Source: Candidatus Minimicrobia sp. QA0096 (GTDB lineage Bacteria > Patescibacteriota > Saccharimonadia > Saccharimonadales > Saccharimonadaceae). From it: DNA of 32,000 nt. This document shows positions 24,027-31,103 of this stretch, piece after piece. Location of the stretch: NCBI RefSeq assembly GCF_963967315.1, contig NZ_OZ017288.1, positions 450,001-482,000 of the forward strand, given 5' to 3'. The notes below the pieces were generated by a model. That model did not search any database and was not told the DNA's origin. It saw nothing but the letters and a program-made list of their open reading frames with translations. The position numbers and the translations under genes are program-made. Within the stretch, counting starts at the first letter, position 1; each line of letters starts with the position of its first letter.

Positions 24027-25793
24027 ATGTTAATAAAAAGACGTTTTTTTAATACAAAAGTTAAAATAGTAACTGCGGTAATGGCTGTTGGTGTTCTTGT
24101 TGGTGGGGCGTTATTTACTCTGCCAATGGACAACGCCAAAGGTGCAGGAAGTCCATATCCGCCAACAGATAGTGAAAACTGGAATCCAGAACCTGTTTGG
24201 CGTGACGAGTTTGACGGAAATTCGCTAGATGGGACCAAATGGACAGCTCTTAATGGCGGATGGAAAGACGAAGGCCAACAAGTTCGAAACTGCTACACGA
24301 GATCAGATGAGAACATTAATGTCAGTGGCGGTAGCTTAAATCTAATTGGACTACACAAACCAGGAGCAACTTGTACTGGTGGTAACACTAAAACTGGTAA
24401 CTTCACTTCTGGATTCGTACAGACTAAAAATAAGGCATATTTTAAATATGGCTACATCGAAGCTCGCATAAAAATGCCAAAGAATAAGAGCACTTGGCCT
24501 GGTTTTTGGATGAGTCCTAATAACTCTCCGTACAGTGCTGGTTGGCCTGATTGGGGCGAGATCGACATCGTAGAGGCAAAAGGCTCTAATCACCAATTTG
24601 CTGCATCCGACGCACACTGGCGAGATAAGAATACGCCGACCGGTCAAACTGGTAGTCACAGAAACCGCCAAGGCGTTATTCCACCAAGTAAGTTCGGCAC
24701 TAATAATGACACTACGGAGTGGCACACATACGGTGTAAAATGGACTGAAGGTAAACTTGAATACTTCATTGACGGAGAATGGCATCATACAATTACCGAA
24801 TTTAAGAATTCAAACTCCACAGGAAGTCCTAATGGACCATTTGATCAAGACTTCTTCTTGCGACTTAACTTAGCCATTGGCGGCAATTACATTGATTCTC
24901 CATGGGATGATCCTACCAGCTCAGTAGGAGCTGCAAACGGAGAGGGCTTCCCGGCAACTATGTCAATCGACTACGTCCGCGTGTACGAGATGCGAAAACC
25001 CAAAGAGGTTGAAGTCAAAGACACACAACTGCGCAAGTTGCTTAATGAAAAACTAGGAGAAAAACTTGGTACAACTCGTACGGACAATCAAAAAATTACT
25101 GACGTAGAGTTGGAAAAATTGACAGATCTTAACCTGGACAACTCAAACATTACCGACCTAACTGGAATAGAAGCTGCCAAGAATCTTCAGAACTTGTCAT
25201 TAAATCACAACTCAATCTCAAATCTAAGCCCACTAGCTGGATTGACTTCCCTAAAGACTCTATCCCTAAAAGAGAATGCCATCGCCGACATAAGTCCACT
25301 AAATGGATTAACATCCCTAACTTCCTTACGTCTTGAAGATCAGCGAGTTAGTGTTAAGCCTAACGACAAATTGTTTGCTTCACCATTGAAGTTTCTAGCA
25401 GGAGGCATAGTTCCTATAACCAACTCAGCGGAAGTCGTCAACGATACTACAAATCCTGGAAATATTCGGCTATTATCGCTACCAGCCAGCGGAACATCCC
25501 CTATATTGAATAGTACTTGGGAAACTCATCTAGGAACCTTAGGAGGAGCTTACTATATGGCGTTTAGTGGCACTCTAGCTATTGACACATCAGCGATCAC
25601 TGGGGCAGGTCAACCACAGCCTCAGCCGCAGCCTCAGCCGCAGCCTGGAAATCCGTCAGCTGCCGCTCATAATCCAGCTAATAAGCCTCAGAATGCTGTA
25701 AGCGGTCTACTCGCAAACACAGGATTTAATGCCTTCTTAGGTGTTATCGCCACTCTAGCATTAGTTGCCGCAGGACTATTCATTCTACGCTAA
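24027..25793 (+). CDS. Cell-wall-anchored GH16 beta-glucanase fused to internalin-type LRR region, PQ linker and LAxTG sorting signal
   Basis: Signal peptide, GEIDIVE and FFLRLNLAIGG. 22-residue LRRs (NLQNLSLNHNSISNLSPLAGLT / SLKTLSLKENAIADISPLNGLT), a (PQ)6 tract, then LANTG (nt 25710-25724) plus hydrophobic FNAFLGVIATLALVAAGLFIL plus terminal R. Confidence 0.85.
   Translation: MLIKRRFFNTKVKIVTAVMAVGVLVGGALFTLPMDNAKGAGSPYPPTDSENWNPEPVWRDEFDGNSLDGTKWTALNGGWKDEGQQVRNCYTRSDENINVSGGSLNLIGLHKPGATCTGGNTKTGNFTSGFVQTKNKAYFKYGYIEARIKMPKNKSTWPGFWMSPNNSPYSAGWPDWGEIDIVEAKGSNHQFAASDAHWRDKNTPTGQTGSHRNRQGVIPPSKFGTNNDTTEWHTYGVKWTEGKLEYFIDGEWHHTITEFKNSNSTGSPNGPFDQDFFLRLNLAIGGNYIDSPWDDPTSSVGAANGEGFPATMSIDYVRVYEMRKPKEVEVKDTQLRKLLNEKLGEKLGTTRTDNQKITDVELEKLTDLNLDNSNITDLTGIEAAKNLQNLSLNHNSISNLSPLAGLTSLKTLSLKENAIADISPLNGLTSLTSLRLEDQRVSVKPNDKLFASPLKFLAGGIVPITNSAEVVNDTTNPGNIRLLSLPASGTSPILNSTWETHLGTLGGAYYMAFSGTLAIDTSAITGAGQPQPQPQPQPQPGNPSAAAHNPANKPQNAVSGLLANTGFNAFLGVIATLALVAAGLFILR
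25611..25646 (+). repeat. Hexanucleotide/12-nt tandem repeat encoding (QP)6
   Basis: caaccacagcct then (cagccgcagcct)x2; an in-frame microsatellite inside the wall-spanning linker. Confidence 0.8.
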
Positions 25794-25806
25794 CCTATGG
25801 CTACAT

Positions 25807-25842
25807 AAAATTACCACCCCGTGATGAGGTGGTAATTTTTTT
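25807..25842. terminator. Bidirectional rho-independent terminator (GH16 paralog 2 / NUDIX gene)
   Basis: AAAATTACCACC-ccgtgatga-GGTGGTAATTTT is a perfect 12-bp stem, with a T-run on the plus strand and ttttatg on the minus strand. Confidence 0.8.
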
Positions 25843-25946
25843 GCTCAACAATATCAGCCTCTCGTCCCTATTCCACATTATTAGAAATATATAACTTGCC
25901 CGCAGCTACTTATAAAGTGCGACGCTTCATCATACCCAACATTAGT

Positions 25947-26435
25947 TTACCCTAATTTGATCGATTCATAATTGTTAAGAATGCGTAGAGACTTTTTTAG
26001 ATATGGTAATTCTTGATCGTCGCTGCCATTTTCTTGTTCTACAAGATTTATATTGTCTTCGTTGACCCATAAAAGACCTGAGTGGTCTTCTGGGTTGACT
26101 GTCGGCTCTGAACCCTCTTTAGCTTGTGCAAAATACAAGAGCTCAATTGAATGCGAGCCTTTTATTTCATTTATATAGGTAAAAGCTGCGAACAAACTAC
26201 CTATCGTCACATCAAGCCCAAGCTCCTCTAGCAACTCTCGCTTAAGACCATCCTCTGGGTTCTCACCATAATCAACATGACCCCCAGGTAGTTCGTATTT
26301 ACCTGGTAAAAACTTTTTAGTCGCTGCTCGCTTTGCCACAAGAATAGATGGCTTGCCGTTTATAAATTTGTTGACTACCGCACAGGCAGTTATTACTTGT
26401 TGTCCGTAGGCTGCTGTTGCGCTATCCTGGCTCAT
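25947..26435 (-). CDS. NUDIX hydrolase
   Basis: Nudix box GGHVDYGENPEDGLKRELLEELGL (GX5EX7REUXEEXGU). Confidence 0.85.
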   Translation of the reverse strand: MSQDSATAAYGQQVITACAVVNKFINGKPSILVAKRAATKKFLPGKYELPGGHVDYGENPEDGLKRELLEELGLDVTIGSLFAAFTYINEIKGSHSIELLYFAQAKEGSEPTVNPEDHSGLLWVNEDNINLVEQENGSDDQELPYLKKSLRILNNYESIKLG

Positions 26436-26633
26436 ATTCTAAATACTTCTTTCATGACAAAATTATATCACATGATAAATCGTGTATTTCTCAAGAACTC
26501 TTCAATGATTTTTGATATATTGTCGTTTTATTGGATTATCAAACTCTTCGATACAACTACTTGATAAACTAAAACCATTAATGTAAGTATTACTTCTTAA
26601 TAACCGTTTAGTGCTATGGCTATTATTCAAGGA

Positions 26634-26660
26634 AATATAAAACTGCCCGCGCGGGACAGT
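26634..26660 (-). terminator. Rho-independent terminator downstream of tRNA-Asn
   Basis: Minus strand CTGTCCCGCGCGGGCAG hairpin (GC-rich stem with one bulge) followed by TTTTATATTT. Confidence 0.7.
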
Positions 26661-26675
26661 TCTTGACCAATTCTA

Positions 26676-26750
26676 TGGCTCCGGGGGCGGGGTTCGAACC
26701 CGCGGCCTATTGGTTAACAGCCAACCGCTCTACCGCTGAGCTACCCCGGA
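26676..26750 (-). tRNA. tRNA-Asn (anticodon GTT), CCA encoded
   Basis: Minus strand TCCGGGGTAGCTCAGCGGTAGAGCGGTTGGCTGTTAACCAATAGGCCGCGGGTTCGAACCCCGCCCCCGGAGCCA. Acceptor stem TCCGGGG/CCCCGGA, anticodon loop CT-GTT-AA, T-loop GGTTCGAACC. Confidence 0.93.
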
Positions 26751-26761
26751 ATATGTCTTGT

Positions 26762-26790
26762 ATTATAGCGAGTTTTTGAATAGTTGTAAA
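26762..26790 (-). promoter_or_regulatory. tRNA-Asn promoter: TTTACA, 17-nt spacer, TATAAT
   Basis: Minus strand reads cTTTACAactattcaaaaactcgcTATAATacaagacatat, followed by the tRNA 5' end. Confidence 0.55.
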
Positions 26791-26791
26791 G

Positions 26792-27124
26792 TTACTGACG
26801 GACAATTTCCAATGCTTTTTTTAAAATCTCCACTTCCGAGCGTGATTTTTCGTTATCTTCAGCTTCTCTCTTCTTAATTTCTTTCGCTAAATTCTGCCAC
26901 CAAACTTCTTTTTTCTCACTGCTCAGCGTCAAAGATCTAACTTCGCCATCCTGCTTCTCTAAAAATCCCGCAGCCACCAAATTATCAACGTGTTTTGCTA
27001 CCGTCGATACCGATTTATAGCCCAAGGCGCGCATAATTTCCCGAAGCGTCGGACTGTAGCCATTGCCCTTTATAAACCCATCGATAAAATCCAACATTAT
27101 TTTTTGCTTTTTCGTCAGTTTCAT
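26792..27124 (-). CDS. LexA-type winged-helix DNA-binding protein without the S24 peptidase domain
   Basis: MKLTKKQKIMLDFIDGFIKGNGYSPTLREIMRALGYKSVSTVAKHVDNLVAAGFLEK aligns with the LexA N-terminal domain. The C-terminal ~45 aa are a charged helix with no Ser/Lys protease motifs. Start at ATG 27124, from LexA alignment and the -10 geometry. Confidence 0.75.
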   Translation of the reverse strand: MKLTKKQKIMLDFIDGFIKGNGYSPTLREIMRALGYKSVSTVAKHVDNLVAAGFLEKQDGEVRSLTLSSEKKEVWWQNLAKEIKKREAEDNEKSRSEVEILKKALEIVRQ

Positions 27125-27130
27125 ATCTAA

Positions 27131-27139
27131 AGTATACAC
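27131..27139 (-). promoter_or_regulatory. Extended -10 TGtATACT, 6 nt upstream of ATG 27124 (leaderless geometry)
   Basis: Minus strand reads gTGtATACTttagatATGaaa. Confidence 0.5.
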
Positions 27140-27146
27140 CATACGC

Positions 27147-27152
27147 TATACT
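27147..27152 (+). promoter_or_regulatory. -10 box TATACT, 6 nt upstream of ATG 27159 (leaderless geometry)
   Basis: Plus strand reads cgcTATACTtaaaatATGgca. It sits back-to-back with the divergent -10 box 10 bp away. Confidence 0.5.
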
Positions 27153-27158
27153 TAAAAT

Positions 27159-28556
27159 ATGGCAAAAAAATATATTAACGACGTTCGATTCTGGCTATTG
27201 GCGATTATTATTTTTGGCGGCGGCTTCGCTCTGCACCCCAGTATCGGTTTATCAATTCTGGACTTCTCATCTTTTCGCATAGGCTTGTATCAAATCGCAG
27301 CAGTCGGACTGATAATATCTTCCTTACCTCTAATATTCAAAAAGCGGCAATCATTATCTAGAAACCGATGGCTAATCGGCGGATTTTTGGCAATTTTTAT
27401 CGCCATCACCGTCGGCATATTTTTCGCAGAAGCACACCTGCGCACCGCGTTATATTCGTTATCACTATTATTCTTACTCACCGTCGGATTATCCGCTGGC
27501 TTAATTTACAGCGAATTGTCAAAATCAGAAAAACGTAAACTCATCAATGTCGGACTATGGAGCGGGCTGGTTTTTGGGATTTTAGCAATCATTCAGCTCA
27601 TCGTCGCCACTTTTGAGCCAACAGGATTTGGTACGCTTTGCGCTGGCTGTAAAGCCGACGTTTTTGGATTTCCACGAATCAATTTATTCGCCGCTGAACC
27701 TCAGTTTTTTGCCAATTCTCTACTTCCAGCATTCTTCCTTGCGCTCTTTCAATCAAAATCTCGCTTAGCCAAATTTAGCCTATTTTTCACAACTCTCGCC
27801 ATATCTTTAACATTTTCCCGTGGCGGATTTTTGGCAATTTTTATCGCCATCACAGCCTTATTTATAATCGCTTTCATAAAACGAATTGATGCATCTTTTG
27901 TGTGTAAAAAACTTCCAATCATCTTCGCTGGATTATTACTCGGATTCACCTTATTATTCTCGTCAGCCAACATTAGATACGCCAATACACCTTTCATTGC
28001 GCACAATACCTTCGTCAGTATGGTTGATCAATTATCTCTCGGGAAAATTAAGATTCCGCAAAAATCCGTCGCCAAAAATCCATCACCAAAACCCGCCGAA
28101 AACGTTCCGTCAAGCAACAATTCTTTCCAGCCCGCTGGTTTCGTTGAAGCTTCCGCCAACGACAGACTCAGCGCCAGTGACTTAGCCATAAAATCTTGGC
28201 TATCATCGCCGCGAACATTCTTCTTCGGCGTCGGACTCGGCAATCTCGGTAATTTTATCCAAAAACACCTTCACGTAAACGTCCCAGCGGACCAAACAGT
28301 CTACGTTTTTTACATATTATTACTCAGTGGAATGGGAGTCATCGGGCTATTTGCCCTTCTAATTGCCCCGTTGACAATTATATTTCTTGCCATAAAAAAC
28401 ATCCGTAAAATTAAAGCCCAATTTATCTTATCTCTAACCATCGCGATGTTTGTGCATTTCTGGTTTTTTGGCAGTTTTATAAATACGATTCATTGTTTTG
28501 CTATAATCGGCATATTTTTGTATAATTACCCCAGAGATTATGCGGAAAAAGTCTGA
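27159..28556 (+). CDS. O-antigen ligase / Wzy-like polymerase family membrane protein
   Basis: 465 aa with about 10-12 TM helices. Wzy_C-like segment LAISLTFSRGGFLAIFIAITALF and a hydrophilic loop (aa ~300-340). Confidence 0.75.
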   Translation: MAKKYINDVRFWLLAIIIFGGGFALHPSIGLSILDFSSFRIGLYQIAAVGLIISSLPLIFKKRQSLSRNRWLIGGFLAIFIAITVGIFFAEAHLRTALYSLSLLFLLTVGLSAGLIYSELSKSEKRKLINVGLWSGLVFGILAIIQLIVATFEPTGFGTLCAGCKADVFGFPRINLFAAEPQFFANSLLPAFFLALFQSKSRLAKFSLFFTTLAISLTFSRGGFLAIFIAITALFIIAFIKRIDASFVCKKLPIIFAGLLLGFTLLFSSANIRYANTPFIAHNTFVSMVDQLSLGKIKIPQKSVAKNPSPKPAENVPSSNNSFQPAGFVEASANDRLSASDLAIKSWLSSPRTFFFGVGLGNLGNFIQKHLHVNVPADQTVYVFYILLLSGMGVIGLFALLIAPLTIIFLAIKNIRKIKAQFILSLTIAMFVHFWFFGSFINTIHCFAIIGIFLYNYPRDYAEKV

Positions 28557-29961
28557 TTTTTACTTCAAAATTGTTCTGGTCGTTCTTGATATCATAGCTT
28601 TATTGAGCGCATTTACTATTGCCTATATTTTGCGAATTTCCCTGGATCCTAGACCATTCCATATCAGCATCAATGCCATGGATTTTATCACCTCCATTTT
28701 TATGACGCTGCCATTGTGGATTGTAATGTTCTATTTCTTTGGCTTATACGACAGAGAGGTTTACACTCACCCATTGCGAAACTTCGGACGAATACTTTTG
28801 GCGTCAATAACTGGAATTATGATTATGATTTCTGTGGCGTTCTTTACTAACACTCCGTTATTCCCAGCCAAACTTGTCGCGGTTTACGCCACCGGAATTG
28901 GCTTCATCTTACTGATGATTTTCCGCAGCGCCGCCAATATTGTTCGCCTAAAACTATTAAAGCGCGGACTCGGAGCGCGCCGTGTTGTGCTAATTGGCAA
29001 TTGCGATTTAACTCACGTTCTGGCTGATTTTATAGAAACCAATCCGCTGACTGGCTTTAAGATTAGCGGAATTGTTGCGCAAACCCAATTCATTCCTATT
29101 GAATTAAAAAAGCGTCGAAGCTCGTCATTAGAATCGGCACTCACCAGAGATAAAATTGACGTCATCATCCAAACCGACTCAAAAAATGTTAGCGAACATT
29201 ATCAAATTGCCCAAAAACATTACTTGGATTTCTATCAAGCGCCGGAATTCGACGGAATTATGACCACCAAACACACTATTGATATCATCGACTCCGTGCC
29301 GCTAATTCACACTCATCCGACGCCGCTAATGGGCTATGGGCGAATTGTGAAGCGCATTATGGATGTTGTAGGCGGGACAATTGGGATTATCATCGCCTCG
29401 CCAATTATGCTTTTGGTGGCAATTGCCGTAAAAATCAGCGACCCAACAGGACCGATTTTAATGCACGGCAAACAACAAAAACGCCTCACTCGTTATAATC
29501 GACCGTTTAAGGTTTACAAATTCCGCTCGCATTATGCAAAGTTTGACGGCAAAACTGACGAAGAAGTCTTTCGAATGGTTGGTAAACCTGAGCTAATTGA
29601 AGAATACCGTAAAAACGGCGACAAACTTGATCATGATTTTCGCGTGACGCCAGTTGGTCGATTTATTCGTCGCTTCAGTCTTGATGAATTGCCACAATTA
29701 TTCAACGTCGTAAAGGGCGACATCAGCCTAGTCGGACCTCGAGCACTGGTACCACACGAATTAAGCGCCTACGACAAAAAACACGTTTTGCTGGCAGTCA
29801 AATCAGGACTCACTGGACTTGCAGTAGTGTCTGGCAGGCGCAGTATCAGCTTTGAAGAGCGTCGACGAATTGACTTATATTATGTTCAAAACTGGAGTCT
29901 CTGGCTGGATATTACAATTTTATTAAAAACCTGCTTGGTTATTTTCCAGAAAGATAATTAA
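28540..29961 (+). CDS. Polyprenyl-phosphate glycosyl-phosphotransferase (WbaP/EpsL-type bacterial sugar transferase), priming enzyme
   Basis: 4-5 N-terminal TM helices, a central Rossmann-like region, and the C-terminal sugar-transferase domain KRIMDVVGGTIGIIIASPIMLLVAIAVK ... DELPQLFNVVKGDISLVGPRA. Confidence 0.88.
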   Translation: MRKKSDFYFKIVLVVLDIIALLSAFTIAYILRISLDPRPFHISINAMDFITSIFMTLPLWIVMFYFFGLYDREVYTHPLRNFGRILLASITGIMIMISVAFFTNTPLFPAKLVAVYATGIGFILLMIFRSAANIVRLKLLKRGLGARRVVLIGNCDLTHVLADFIETNPLTGFKISGIVAQTQFIPIELKKRRSSSLESALTRDKIDVIIQTDSKNVSEHYQIAQKHYLDFYQAPEFDGIMTTKHTIDIIDSVPLIHTHPTPLMGYGRIVKRIMDVVGGTIGIIIASPIMLLVAIAVKISDPTGPILMHGKQQKRLTRYNRPFKVYKFRSHYAKFDGKTDEEVFRMVGKPELIEEYRKNGDKLDHDFRVTPVGRFIRRFSLDELPQLFNVVKGDISLVGPRALVPHELSAYDKKHVLLAVKSGLTGLAVVSGRRSISFEERRRIDLYYVQNWSLWLDITILLKTCLVIFQKDN

Positions 29962-31103
29962 TGAGTAAGCCAAAAATTGCCATAGTTCACGATTGGATTT
30001 ACGGCGGCGGCGCCGAAAAAGTCGTTTTGGAAATTCATAAATTATATCCAGAAGCGCCAATTTACACTTCTTTTTGTAGCGATGAGTGGCGAGAAAGATT
30101 AGACAACAAAGTCGTTACTGGTTATCTACAGCGATGGCCGTTTTCAAAAATCCGACGATTGTTACCGCTTCTTAGACAGTGGTGGTTCGCTAAGCTTGAT
30201 CTTAGTGAATTTGACATTATCATCTCCAGCTCGGGAAATGGCGAGGCAAAATTCGTCCGCAAATCCAGACCAGATCAACTTCATATTTGTTATTGCCACA
30301 CGCCAACGCATTTTTATTGGCGACACTACGACGAATACATCAAACGACCAAGTTTTCGTCCGCAATGGCTGGCGCGCCTAGGCTTAAAAACCCTAGTTCG
30401 ACCACTGAAAAAACGAGATTTTAACGCCGCTCAGCAAGTTGATGTTTTTATTGCCAACTCTACGGGAATTCAGGCTGATATCGAAGAATTTTACCAGCGA
30501 AAAAGTACGGTTATTTTTCCGCCAATTGACGTGTCGAGCTTTTCGCCGCTTGCTAAAAATCGCAAGCAAACATCCATCCCCAAAAAACCTCGCTGCCTGA
30601 TTTGGGGACGAATTGTGCCAATGAAACGTCTTGATATTGCTATTAAAGCTTGTCAGAAACTTGGCTGGCAATTAGATATTATTGGAAAAGGTCCAGATGT
30701 TGATAATCTAAAAAATATCGCCGATAAACATACTAATTTCTTAGGATTTGTCGATAATGCCACACGAGAAAAATACATTAAAAAAGCAGATTTGTTTATT
30801 TTTTGTTCGCACGAAGATTTCGGAATTGCGCCAGTCGAAGCGTTGGCGTCTGGCATTCCAGTAGTTGCGTATGAAGCTGGCGGCGCACTTGATTATATAA
30901 AACCTGAAAAAAACGGCTGGTTCTTTTCTGAGCAAACAGATTCTTCATTGATAGAAACCTTAGAGAAACTTCCAGGAAAAAAAGTTTCACCAACAAAAAT
31001 CTCAGCCACGGCCAACGAATTTTCAGCCGCAATTTTCCATAAAGCGATAAAAAATATAGTTGATAAATCATGGAAGGAACATTATCGTGAAAATCGTAAT
31101 TGA
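29961..31103 (+). CDS. Glycosyltransferase family 4 (GT-B)
   Basis: 380 aa. HDWIYGGGAEKV at the N-terminus and the EX7E region SHEDFGIAPVEALASGIPVVA. TAATG junction with the upstream gene. Confidence 0.85.
   Translation: MSKPKIAIVHDWIYGGGAEKVVLEIHKLYPEAPIYTSFCSDEWRERLDNKVVTGYLQRWPFSKIRRLLPLLRQWWFAKLDLSEFDIIISSSGNGEAKFVRKSRPDQLHICYCHTPTHFYWRHYDEYIKRPSFRPQWLARLGLKTLVRPLKKRDFNAAQQVDVFIANSTGIQADIEEFYQRKSTVIFPPIDVSSFSPLAKNRKQTSIPKKPRCLIWGRIVPMKRLDIAIKACQKLGWQLDIIGKGPDVDNLKNIADKHTNFLGFVDNATREKYIKKADLFIFCSHEDFGIAPVEALASGIPVVAYEAGGALDYIKPEKNGWFFSEQTDSSLIETLEKLPGKKVSPTKISATANEFSAAIFHKAIKNIVDKSWKEHYRENRN

Noticed and set aside
24351-24788. 145-aa minus-strand ORF inside GH16 paralog 2 (and 23182-23376 inside paralog 1, 14455-14871 inside the RT)
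   Set aside because: These run antisense to frames that carry clear catalytic motifs.
27131-27152. Inverted repeat AGTATA-N10-TATACT as a dedicated operator palindrome
   Set aside because: It is fully explained as two divergent -10 hexamers, each 6 nt from its own start codon. It may still be bound by a regulator, but the symmetry itself is not evidence for that.
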